Shown here piece after piece: positions 16,631-24,918 of a stretch of 64,000 bases of DNA (positions within the stretch are counted from its first letter, which is position 1; every line of letters begins with the position of its first letter). The position numbers were made by a program, and so were the translations under genes. The stretch covers positions 17,608 through 81,607 of the forward strand of contig JAFRKQ010000015.1 of NCBI GenBank assembly GCA_017431625.1, in the 5' to 3' direction. The stretch is from a bacterium (GTDB lineage Bacteria; Patescibacteriota; Microgenomatia; UBA1400; PJMF01). The notes beneath the pieces were generated by a model, which ran no database searches, was not told the origin of the DNA, and worked only from the letters and a program-made list of their open reading frames with translations.

Positions 16631-18253
16631 ATGCCAACAACCAATATTAATAATAGTCCTAATGCCAATTTGTCCACGCCTACTCCTATCGTGCCGGCGG
16701 GTTCTGCCCCCCAACCAGCAGCACCTGTGGGTGAGATTCCGACGCTCAATCCGGCACTGGTGAGTACTGGTCTACCCACTTTGGGTCAAAGTCTTTTGAT
16801 CTCTACCACTCCTCCACCCGCTGCCCCCACGCCGGCCCCTGCCGCTGCATTGAGTCAAACACTACCAACTACTGCGCCTGTTGTCCCGCCTTCATCGCCA
16901 GCTCCAGTGGCTACCCCTACTCCTTCTACTCCACTAGTCCCGCCAGCTCCCGCACCGGCGCCAGCTAGTCCAATTGCCCCCACCCCAACACCAGCGACAG
17001 TACCCACTCATCCGGTAGGTCTGGCCACACCTTCTGTGGGTACGCCACCGACCGCGGCACCACCAGCAACGGCTTCTGTTCCTACGCCGGGATTGCCACC
17101 AACACCAACACCAACACCGATGTCTGTACCAGCAGTGTCTTCAACACCAGCTCCCGCACCGGCGCCAGCTGCTACTCCCGCTCCAGTAGGCCCAGTCTCG
17201 GCTCCTAGTGTGCCGCCTATGCCAGGAACTGGTACAGGTACTAATACCTCGGGGAGTGTGCCGCCAGTGATCCCTTCAGTAGCACCCACCGCTCCTGGTG
17301 CTGAGCCCAAGCCAGTAACTCCTATTGCAGAAACGCCAGCCGCTAAGCCCGAGAAGAAAACTGATCTGACGATGATTATTTTGGCGGTCGTTTTGGTGAT
17401 TCTTGTAGTGGTCGCGGGTGTGTTGTGGTGGATGAATGCCAATGGCAAAAGTCTTTTTGGTGGTCAGGTGGCAACGGTGGTCACTCCTGAGCCTGTGGTC
17501 GCGCCTATTACTACCCCAGAGCCGGTCGCTGACGCTTCACCCGGTGGCTCGCGTGAGGAATTGGTGGCGATTGATGTCGATGATCTTTGTTATGTCAATC
17601 CCGACTCTTTGGGCCAACAAAAAGATGTGGAAGAGTTTGTCACTTGGGTCAATAATTATTTTACTGACGATTTGGAAAACAGTGAGTATTACCAAAATCT
17701 TTTTAACTATTATATGGAACGAGCCATCATGGCACCACCACTTTGTGACTCACATCAGTTGTATTGCCGCGCTGCTTTCAGTGAGCGGCCAGATTTTGTG
17801 GCTCAGTTTAGTCATTTTGGTGAACAATGGGAGCGACAAACTACCGAGTCAAAAACGCTCACGGGCCAGTCAATTCGCGATCGGGCGTTGATTGATTTTA
17901 ATATGCCTGATTTGGTCTTGGATGAGAATACTGGTCGTGGCAGTCTAGCTGGTAATGGCTGGAAATACAATGCCGATCAAGATATATTGCTTTCTTTTGG
18001 TGAGTATACTTTGCCCCAGCAAGATTACACTTATCGGTTTGTTAAGGGTATGCAATTGGCGGCTACCCAAGAAGTGGTGCTGATCGGACAAGGGGTGGCA
18101 ACACAAAATTGCAAGGAGGAAAATAACTGTGTTTGCGAAGCTTCACAAATATATTTGTATTTACAAAAAGGGCCAACCGGCGAGCTTTATTATTCTAATC
18201 TCTTTATTGAGCCATTGGTAGGCAAAACTGCTGAGGTAGATGCTGATTTATAA
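16631..18253 (+). CDS. Single-pass membrane protein, paralog C (240-aa Pro/Ala/Thr-rich N-terminus)
   Basis: TM LTMIILAVVLVILVVVAGVLWW; LCDSHQLYCRAAF and NCKEENNCVCEASQIYLYL motifs. Confidence 0.6.
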   Translation: MPTTNINNSPNANLSTPTPIVPAGSAPQPAAPVGEIPTLNPALVSTGLPTLGQSLLISTTPPPAAPTPAPAAALSQTLPTTAPVVPPSSPAPVATPTPSTPLVPPAPAPAPASPIAPTPTPATVPTHPVGLATPSVGTPPTAAPPATASVPTPGLPPTPTPTPMSVPAVSSTPAPAPAPAATPAPVGPVSAPSVPPMPGTGTGTNTSGSVPPVIPSVAPTAPGAEPKPVTPIAETPAAKPEKKTDLTMIILAVVLVILVVVAGVLWWMNANGKSLFGGQVATVVTPEPVVAPITTPEPVADASPGGSREELVAIDVDDLCYVNPDSLGQQKDVEEFVTWVNNYFTDDLENSEYYQNLFNYYMERAIMAPPLCDSHQLYCRAAFSERPDFVAQFSHFGEQWERQTTESKTLTGQSIRDRALIDFNMPDLVLDENTGRGSLAGNGWKYNADQDILLSFGEYTLPQQDYTYRFVKGMQLAATQEVVLIGQGVATQNCKEENNCVCEASQIYLYLQKGPTGELYYSNLFIEPLVGKTAEVDADL

Positions 18254-18306
18254 AGAATTGGATCGCAAGAAAAATATCGCTACCTTAAGTGGCGATATTT
18301 TTTTGC

Positions 18307-18384
18307 TTACCGAAACACTCGCGACTGCCGAGCTGTGCACACAGCTGTGCAGTCGTGTGCGGAGCTCCGCGCGGAGCTCCGCAC
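18307..18384. repeat. GC-rich palindromic element (family Z), full copy; bidirectional terminator between convergent genes
   Basis: TTACCGAAACACTC...GCTGTGCACACAGC...GTGCGGAGCTCCGCGCGGAGCTCCGCAC. Confidence 0.65.
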
Positions 18385-18459
18385 TAATCCTTTGTTAGTT
18401 TTACTCGTGCAAACAACAAGAGCAATTTATTTTTTACCGAATAACTGAAATTTGGTTGT

Positions 18460-19611
18460 TTATAATGATTTTTGCTCGTCGACTATCAATTGATAGTAAT
18501 TACGTTTGCCCACGCGCAAAATATGATTGTCCAAAAGCTCTAGTGCTCCTTGCTTGTCAAGCCGGCGCAGTTGTGATTTGCTGGTGGCTGGTTGGGCGAA
18601 TTTGGCGAGTGTCTGTAAAGGTTCGGAAAAACTTGGTACTACGACCACGGGTAAATTGTCGGGCAGTTTTTTTTCACTCACTGTGCGCTGCCAAAAATCA
18701 GCAGCCTCATCAGCAGCGGTGGCATCATGGTAAAACTCTACCAAAGTGTGAGCAAGCTTTTTCTTGTATGTCATCGGGTTGGCACCGGTAGCCATCTCTT
18801 TTTGCATGGTAGTAATTTCTGGTGTGGGCACATCGGTGAGCAGTGTGAAATAGTCAATGATCACCTCATCGGTGGCCGACATCATTTTGGCGTACATTTC
18901 GCGAGCTGGGGCGTCCATGGCGATAAAATTATTAAAACTCTTAGACATTTTACGACCATCAAGTCCATTAATAATTGGTACGGTCAAAACCCATTTTTCG
19001 TGATTATTGTATACTTTTTGTAAGTCACGACCAACAAGCATATTAAAAGTTTGGTCACTACCACCAATTTCCAAGTCGACGTCCATAGCGACGCTGTCAT
19101 AACCTTGCAGCATTGGGTAAATGATTTCGTGACCAAAAATAGGTAAATTTTTTTTGAGACGAGCTTGGAACATATCTCGCTCCAAAAGTTGTTGGACGGT
19201 AGTTTTGGCTAGCAGTTTGACAATATCGGCGTAGGTAAGTTTGTCAAGCCAATCGCCATTATAACGAATTTCAATTTTGTCAAAATCCAAAATTTTACTT
19301 GCTTGCTGGCGCCAAGTTTTGAAGTTGGCTTGAATTTGCTCGTCTGTCAACATTGGGCGGGCGCTATCACGACCCGAGGGATCACCGATGCGTACGGTGC
19401 CGTTGCCAACAAGTAAAATCACGTGATGTCCAGCCTGAGCAAACGCTTGGAGTTTGCGCAGACCGACACTGTGTCCTAAGTGCAAAAGCCCACCAGTCGG
19501 GTCAATTCCTTGATAAAGAGTAATTGGCCGCTGGTTCATGAGCGCCGCTAGCGTTTTTGAGTCGGGTAAAATTTTATCGACACCTCGGGTTAAAAGTTCA
19601 CTTTTGATCAT
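18460..19611 (-). CDS. tyrS: Tyrosine--tRNA ligase
   Basis: GIDPTGGLLHLGH (HIGH) and KMSKS class I motifs, TyrRS-type N-terminus. Confidence 0.85.
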   Translation of the reverse strand: MIKSELLTRGVDKILPDSKTLAALMNQRPITLYQGIDPTGGLLHLGHSVGLRKLQAFAQAGHHVILLVGNGTVRIGDPSGRDSARPMLTDEQIQANFKTWRQQASKILDFDKIEIRYNGDWLDKLTYADIVKLLAKTTVQQLLERDMFQARLKKNLPIFGHEIIYPMLQGYDSVAMDVDLEIGGSDQTFNMLVGRDLQKVYNNHEKWVLTVPIINGLDGRKMSKSFNNFIAMDAPAREMYAKMMSATDEVIIDYFTLLTDVPTPEITTMQKEMATGANPMTYKKKLAHTLVEFYHDATAADEAADFWQRTVSEKKLPDNLPVVVVPSFSEPLQTLAKFAQPATSKSQLRRLDKQGALELLDNHILRVGKRNYYQLIVDEQKSL

Positions 19612-19631
19612 TTTTCTTTCTACACTGGTTT

Positions 19632-20666
19632 TTAGAATTGTTGCAAGAATTTGAGATTGCCATTGTAAAAGTCACGGATGTCATCGATTTGGATATGATC
19701 TTGGAGAGTATAAGTGCGCTCAATCCCCCACCCAAAAGCAAAACCAGAATACTCTTGTGGATCCAGACCACAAGCAGTCAAAACATTGGGGTGCACCATA
19801 CCAGCGCCGCCGACTTCATGCCAGCCACTTTTGCAAAACTTACACTTGTCGCCATTGGGTAATTTACCAGTACCACCACACAAATGACAAGAAAAATCAA
19901 TCTCAAAACTCGGCTCGGTAAACTGGAAGTGGAAGGGGCGAATACGGCTTTTGGTGCCTGGACCGTAAAACTCACGTGCAAAATAATCCAGGACACCTTT
20001 AAGATGAGTGATATTAACATCACGGTCCACCATAAGCCCTTCAAATTGGTGAAACATTTGGGTGTGAGTCACGTCTTGCTGACGCCTGTAGGTGCGGGTA
20101 ATGTTGATCATACGAATTGGGGGTTGGCGCAAGCGCATCATCTCGTGCACTTGACCATTGGAAGTGTGAGGAGTCATGACCCAACGGATCTTATTTTTGC
20201 CGGGTTTGCCCGGATGGGCGACAAAAAAAGTCTCCCATTCGTCACGAGCTGGGTGACCAGGGCTCATATTGAGACGTCCAAAGACATTTTCATCGTCGTC
20301 TAGCTCAGGGTGGCGGACTCTGACAAAACCCAACTCGGCAAAAATACTGACAATTTTTTCCGTGGCCTGACTGATAGGATGTAAGTGGCCGATAGGCTCG
20401 TCACTGGCTGGTAGGGTGTAGTCAATGCTTTCTTGGGTAGGAGTGCCAGCTTGACTTTTTTGGGTGGCAAGCATCTCTAGGTCTTTTTTGAGTTGATTGA
20501 GGAGCTGTCCGGCGGCTTTTTTGTCGCTGATGTCTTTGATTGTCGCAGACAATTGTTTAAAAAGTCCCTTCTTGCCAAGATATTTTACTTGCCAGTCTGG
20601 TGCTTGATCTTGACGGGCTTGTTTGAGTAAATCATTAATTTGGGTTTGAAATTCTTTTTGGGTCAT
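19632..20666 (-). CDS. pheS: Phenylalanine--tRNA ligase alpha subunit
   Basis: FHQFEGLMVD...GFAFGWGIERTYTL class II core; leaderless from TGTGGTATAAT-7nt-ATG at 20666. Confidence 0.9.
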   Translation of the reverse strand: MTQKEFQTQINDLLKQARQDQAPDWQVKYLGKKGLFKQLSATIKDISDKKAAGQLLNQLKKDLEMLATQKSQAGTPTQESIDYTLPASDEPIGHLHPISQATEKIVSIFAELGFVRVRHPELDDDENVFGRLNMSPGHPARDEWETFFVAHPGKPGKNKIRWVMTPHTSNGQVHEMMRLRQPPIRMINITRTYRRQQDVTHTQMFHQFEGLMVDRDVNITHLKGVLDYFAREFYGPGTKSRIRPFHFQFTEPSFEIDFSCHLCGGTGKLPNGDKCKFCKSGWHEVGGAGMVHPNVLTACGLDPQEYSGFAFGWGIERTYTLQDHIQIDDIRDFYNGNLKFLQQF

Positions 20667-20673
20667 AAGCCTT

Positions 20674-20682
20674 ATTATACCA
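20674..20682 (-). promoter_or_regulatory. Extended -10 (TGgTATAAT) for leaderless pheS
   Basis: 7 nt upstream of ATG 20666 on minus strand. Confidence 0.55.
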
Positions 20683-20711
20683 CACAAATCAGATCGTTCA
20701 CTCGTTAAGTT

Positions 20712-20738
20712 AGCAAAACCCCGCCTTTGGTGGCGGGG
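20712..20738 (-). terminator. Rho-independent terminator
   Basis: CCCCGCC tttggt GGCGGGG followed by TTTTGC on the minus strand, after the stop of 20768..20971. Confidence 0.7.
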
Positions 20739-20767
20739 CAAAATTTCCTTTTGCGTGTAAGCCTGAT

Positions 20768-20971
20768 TTAGGCCTCGCGTTTGAGTACTGGCATACCGGT
20801 ACGAACAGTCTCGACGACTTTATAACCAGCTGGCACTTCTTCCAAAGAACCATCGCGGACATCTTTGGCGAAGTAATAGATTTGTTGTTCGCGGCCATTT
20901 TTAAGCGTCACCTTTTTGGTGTGCAAAAAGTACTGGACGCCCTTTTTGTTGGTGTAGCTAAATGCTGCCAT
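20768..20971 (-). CDS. Small hypothetical protein (67 aa)
   Basis: ORF followed by a strong terminator; MAAFSYTNKKGVQYFLHTKK...; no family recognised. Confidence 0.5.
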   Translation of the reverse strand: MAAFSYTNKKGVQYFLHTKKVTLKNGREQQIYYFAKDVRDGSLEEVPAGYKVVETVRTGMPVLKREA

Positions 20972-21084
20972 GTTACCTTTCTTTCGCGAGATCTTTTACT
21001 TATTTCTCGCCTGAACTTTTACTGTACTTGAGTTTACCCCTGATAGCCCAGGTTGTCAAGGGGTAAAATGGGTGGAAATGTCCT

Positions 21085-21582
21085 TTATTGCTCAGGAGCA
21101 TTGATCGTTCCGGTCAAAACTACCTGTTCATCATGACGAATCTCAATGGTGATCGGCAGCTGAGCTTTGGGGAGTGAGTCACTAATAAGCAGTCCGCCTT
21201 TGTTTAATTCTAGGCTGCCAAGGTCACGCCAAGTGTCGTCCTCAGCGGTTTTGACAAAAGCGTGATAGACTTCCTCGCTATCAGTGGGGAGATTGGCATT
21301 GACGGAAAAAAGTACCTGATCGCCTTGGAATTGATAGCGGACTTCACCGTGAGCATTTTGACCAGTAGCATTAAGATTGACGGCTTCGTAATCACCAATG
21401 CCACGGCGCAAGTTTTCGAGGGCTTCACGATTGGCATCTTTGAGTGGTACAATAGGCGCACTTGAGGCAACTTCAGGAGTTTGTAAATCGCTGACTTCGC
21501 GGGAACGATACCAACGCATGCCCAAAAAGGCCACCAGTGCTAGTGCCACAATGGGTAAAATAATCGGTAAATACTTTTTCAT
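21085..21582 (-). CDS. Hypothetical membrane-anchored protein (N-terminal signal anchor)
   Basis: MKKYLPIILPIVALALVAFLG then soluble domain; conserved TTGTCAAGAGGCAATT promoter motif upstream. Confidence 0.5.
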   Translation of the reverse strand: MKKYLPIILPIVALALVAFLGMRWYRSREVSDLQTPEVASSAPIVPLKDANREALENLRRGIGDYEAVNLNATGQNAHGEVRYQFQGDQVLFSVNANLPTDSEEVYHAFVKTAEDDTWRDLGSLELNKGGLLISDSLPKAQLPITIEIRHDEQVVLTGTINAPEQ

Positions 21583-21690
21583 ATCCTAATTTACCTTTCT
21601 GCATCATTTTTCTTGTTAATACAGCATATTTTCCACATTTTTGACGATTTGTCAAGAGGCAATTTATAATCTCAGTAGTGAACTATCAAT

Positions 21691-22416
21691 TTATCTTGAT
21701 GCAGGGGCAGAAAACTGCTCAGTGGTTATCTGGGTCTTGTCTAGGCCACGTTCACGGCACAGGTAATCAATAGTGCTATTAATCATCGCCGGATTGCCAC
21801 ACAAATAGAAGTGGTCGCTAGGTAAAAGCTCGAGGCCACGCAATTGGTCGGTCACATAGCCACGCTCGAGTGTCCAACTATCATCGGGATCAGAAATCGT
21901 GGGGATAAAGTGAAAATTGGGGAAGGATTTTTGCAGATCTTGGAAATCATCAAGCCAAAAAAACTCGCTAGAATTGTTGGCACCCCAAAAAAAGTAGAGT
22001 TCGCGACGGGTTTGCTGGAGTTGGAGTTGGTCGATAGTAATTGCATGCAAAGGCGACATGCCGCTGCCAGTGGCCAGCAAAAAAAGGCGGCCATCACCAT
22101 GCTCAGGAGCGACGCAGAGCTGACCCAAGGGGCCTAGGCAGTTGATTTGATCGCCAAATTTGAGATTCCTAATATAATTGACTCCAATGCCATTAGGCCG
22201 ATAATCCAAGATAATTTCAAAACTACTGTCAAGATCAGGACGATCACACATCGAGTAGGCGCGCATCGTATTCTCCCCCACCTCGATCATCAGATATTGG
22301 CCGGCTTGATTGTGTAATTGAGCAGGCGAGGTTAAATCAAAACGGTACCAACCGTAACGTTGATTTAATTTGCTAAAATCTGCTAGCTTGGCAGTCATTT
22401 TTTGTGGTATAATCAT
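21691..22416 (-). CDS. FAD/NAD(P)-binding oxidoreductase (ferredoxin-NADP reductase family)
   Basis: RAYS FAD motif and LLATGSGMSP NAD(P) motif; leaderless (TATAAT 8 nt before ATG 22416). Confidence 0.7.
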   Translation of the reverse strand: MIIPQKMTAKLADFSKLNQRYGWYRFDLTSPAQLHNQAGQYLMIEVGENTMRAYSMCDRPDLDSSFEIILDYRPNGIGVNYIRNLKFGDQINCLGPLGQLCVAPEHGDGRLFLLATGSGMSPLHAITIDQLQLQQTRRELYFFWGANNSSEFFWLDDFQDLQKSFPNFHFIPTISDPDDSWTLERGYVTDQLRGLELLPSDHFYLCGNPAMINSTIDYLCRERGLDKTQITTEQFSAPASR

Positions 22417-22430
22417 AGAACTTGATTATA
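22405..22430. promoter_or_regulatory. Divergent overlapping -10 elements: TGgTATAAT (+, tRNA-Val) and TATAAT (-, FNR-like gene)
   Basis: Plus-strand -10 22408-22413 abuts the minus-strand start codon 22414-22416; minus-strand -10 22425-22430. Confidence 0.45.
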
Positions 22431-22463
22431 ACATAGATCTTTGAAAAAATCAGGGTTAAGTTT

Positions 22464-22537
22464 GGTCGCATGGCTCAGTTGGTTAGAGCGTTCGATTCAC
22501 ATTCGAGAGGTCCTAGGTTCGAATCCTAGTGCGACCA
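22464..22537 (+). tRNA. tRNA-Val (anticodon CAC)
   Basis: Cloverleaf: acceptor GGTCGCA/TGCGACC, D GCTC/GAGC, anticodon loop TTCACAT, T arm CTAGG-TTCGAAT-CCTAG; no encoded CCA. Confidence 0.9.
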
Positions 22538-22671
22538 CAGTTTTATTTTTTTTGGGTTAAAAACTCATTTGGGAATTATTGTAGTTTGTTATCAAATAAT
22601 CACTGCCGAGTTTTGTACACGTTGATACAGTTTGTGTTGACAGATAAAACGTACCATGCTAACGCCGCTCA

Positions 22672-22790
22672 CCCGGACAAATATTTAGCCGGGCGCTCAA
22701 ACAATGACTGCGCGTGCTCGCCTTCGGCGCCACGCTCGTCAAACTCGCGCCAGCGGTCAAAACATTTGCTTCGGGCTCACAGCTTATATT
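22672..22790. repeat. Repeat element Y, copy 2
   Basis: See 7876-8010. Confidence 0.6.
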
Positions 22791-22825
22791 TTTTCATCAT
22801 TTAAATAATAGATAAAATGTGTACA

Positions 22826-22920
22826 ATTTAAGCATTTTGTTAAACACGTGTTAAACGCTCACATCTGGTTTTTAGTGACAGAAATGGTGTTTTTGTAAAA
22901 TCAATGGCAACGCATTTTCA
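22826..22920. repeat. Repeat element X, copy 2 (inverted)
   Basis: Reverse complement ~85% identical to 7698-7790 incl. G(C/T)GTTTAACA x2. Confidence 0.6.
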
Positions 22921-22988
22921 TTGACCTTGGTTTAGTTAGCGATTGACAGTCGGCATTTTTTTTGATATAAAATATTGTTAGAGGCTAA

Positions 22989-23138
22989 ATGAAAGGCATT
23001 ATGCGCGTGGAAACACAAGTGGTTAATTTTACAATTTCTCGTCCACGTATCAGTAAAGTCTATCCCCTACCCGTCAATGCCAAAGTCGTAATTCCTCGTT
23101 TTAAAACCCTCCTTAAAACTAAAACCGATAAAAAATAA
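22989..23138 (+). CDS. Possible small basic protein (49 aa) in a 660-bp non-coding stretch
   Basis: ATG with SD AGAGG 6 nt upstream; MKGIMRVETQVVNFTISRPRISKVYPLPVNAKVVIPRFKTLLKTKTDKK; below ORF-track cutoff, no homology recognised. Confidence 0.25.
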   Translation: MKGIMRVETQVVNFTISRPRISKVYPLPVNAKVVIPRFKTLLKTKTDKK

Positions 23139-23200
23139 TTATTTTTTAACTTTTAATTTGCTTGCTCAGTCAAGAGTTTTATCGTGTATAATATGAGCAT

Positions 23201-24061
23201 ATGCTGATTGTCATGCACATCAAACCGGATTTGGATGCGATTGCCAGTTCGTGGCTTTTGGTGCGCTTTGACAGCCAACACTATGCGGGTAGTCGTCTGG
23301 CTTTTACGCCCGCGGGGACCACTCTTGATCCAGCGAAAGTGGCAGCTTTGGGCTATCGGCCTGATCAGGTCACTCACGTGGACACTGGCAAAGGGCGTTT
23401 TGATCATCATGTGCCTGAGCGGGCGGGTCCACAGTATTCGGCGACTTCGCTGGTTTATGATTATTTGCTCGAAATTCACCCGGAGTATCGTACTGATAGT
23501 GCTTTGCGCGAAATCGTCAGTATCGTCACGGAAATTGATCACTTTGGGGAAGTCTACTGGCCTGATGCCAATAATCCTCGTTATGAGTTTATGCTCCACC
23601 AAATTATCGATGCGATGGATGCGACGCCTACCCATGATGATTCTTATCAAGCGCAGTTGGGTCATCGTTTGCTGGATTTTGTCTATGCCAGTATGAAATT
23701 GCATCTCAAAGCCACCGAGAAACTGGGTGAGGGCATCACTTTTCCTCTCAAGACTGGCGGTGAGGCTTTTGCGATTTTAACGGGCAGTGAAGAGATTTTG
23801 AGCGTGGCCCAAAAAGCGGGTTATTTGTTGGTGGTCAAAAAAGATAAATATTCTGGACATATCAGGATCAAAGCGCGCCCAGATGCGCCGTTTAATCTCG
23901 ACGCGGTCTATAAGTTGGTTACAGCCGCTGATACAGTGGGTACTTGGTACTATCACCCCAGTGGTAAGATGCTTTTGAATGGTTCGCGCAAAAGTGGCAC
24001 TCATGTGCCCTCACCTTTGAGTTTGGATGAGGTGGTGGCCATGATCAAAAAAGTGCTCTAA
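23201..24061 (+). CDS. DHH-family phosphoesterase (NrnA-like)
   Basis: HIKPDLDAIAS and GKGRFDHH motifs; leaderless TGTATAAT-8nt-ATG. Confidence 0.6.
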   Translation: MLIVMHIKPDLDAIASSWLLVRFDSQHYAGSRLAFTPAGTTLDPAKVAALGYRPDQVTHVDTGKGRFDHHVPERAGPQYSATSLVYDYLLEIHPEYRTDSALREIVSIVTEIDHFGEVYWPDANNPRYEFMLHQIIDAMDATPTHDDSYQAQLGHRLLDFVYASMKLHLKATEKLGEGITFPLKTGGEAFAILTGSEEILSVAQKAGYLLVVKKDKYSGHIRIKARPDAPFNLDAVYKLVTAADTVGTWYYHPSGKMLLNGSRKSGTHVPSPLSLDEVVAMIKKVL

Positions 24062-24080
24062 ATGGTAGTGAAAGGTAAAA

Positions 24081-24437
24081 ATGGACAAGACAGTTTTTGA
24101 GAGAATCCGCGATCGGGAAATTCCGGCCCAGTTTGAGTATGAAGACGACCAGGTGATGGCCTTTCGTGATATTCACCCCCAAGCACCAGTCCATGTCTTG
24201 ATTGTGCCCAAAGTTGCTTATCCCACGCTTGAAGATATTCCTCCAGAAGATGATCTTCAACTTAAGCTAATCTTGGTGGCCCGTCAGGTGGCAAATAAAC
24301 TTGGGATTGCCAAAAACTATCGTTTGTTGATGAATGTGGGTCGCCAAGTCCAGGAGGTGGCTCATGTCCACTTGCATCTTTTGGGCGGCTGGCGCGCGCC
24401 GCAGGCCAATGACCCCGAGACGATGAAGCTGGTCTAA
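24081..24437 (+). CDS. HIT-family (histidine triad) nucleotide hydrolase
   Basis: HVHLHLLGG HxHxHxx motif. Confidence 0.85.
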   Translation: MDKTVFERIRDREIPAQFEYEDDQVMAFRDIHPQAPVHVLIVPKVAYPTLEDIPPEDDLQLKLILVARQVANKLGIAKNYRLLMNVGRQVQEVAHVHLHLLGGWRAPQANDPETMKLV

Positions 24438-24488
24438 ATAGCAAATTGCCTGTCAAAATAGGAAATTGTGTGGTATAATATCAGTCTT

Positions 24489-24872
24489 ATGAAAGCAAAT
24501 ATACATCCTCAATGGCAAGAATGCACTGTGACGTGCGCTTGTGGTAATAGTTTTGTCACCGGGGCGACGACTCCCACGATGCAAGTGGACATCTGCAATA
24601 AGTGCCATCCGTTTTTTACGGGTGAACAGCGTTTTGTTGATAAAGAAGGTCGGCTAGAAAAATTCCAAAAGAAAATGGCCGATTCCAAAGTCCGTCGTGA
24701 GCAAGAAGCCAAGCGCTTGGCAGCCAAGAAAGCTCGGCGAGAGGCAGCCAAGGTCATTCGTGCCAGCGAACCCACCAGTGCCAAGCAAGTACTTAACAAG
24801 GCTAAATCGGCGATGGAAGCTGCCGAAAAGGCGGCCGTAGCTGAGGCCAAACAAGCTGAGAGCAAATCTTAG
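24489..24872 (+). CDS. rpmE: 50S ribosomal protein L31 with ~60 aa Lys/Ala-rich C-terminal extension
   Basis: MKANIHPQW..C.C....C.KCHPFFTG bL31 core then KRLAAKKARREAAK...AEAKQAESKS tail; leaderless TGgTATAAT-9nt-ATG. Confidence 0.85.
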   Translation: MKANIHPQWQECTVTCACGNSFVTGATTPTMQVDICNKCHPFFTGEQRFVDKEGRLEKFQKKMADSKVRREQEAKRLAAKKARREAAKVIRASEPTSAKQVLNKAKSAMEAAEKAAVAEAKQAESKS

Positions 24873-24918
24873 CAATTATGAGTGAAGGAAAGGGGCTTGA
24901 CCGCGAGGTACAAGCCCT

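Noticed and set aside
22529-22804. 91-aa plus-strand ORF
   Set aside because: Starts inside the 3' end of tRNA-Val and runs through repeat element Y; an artefact of a GC-rich repeat.
23153-23704. 183-aa minus-strand ORF
   Set aside because: Antisense to the DHH phosphoesterase gene, which has the DHH motifs and a leaderless promoter.
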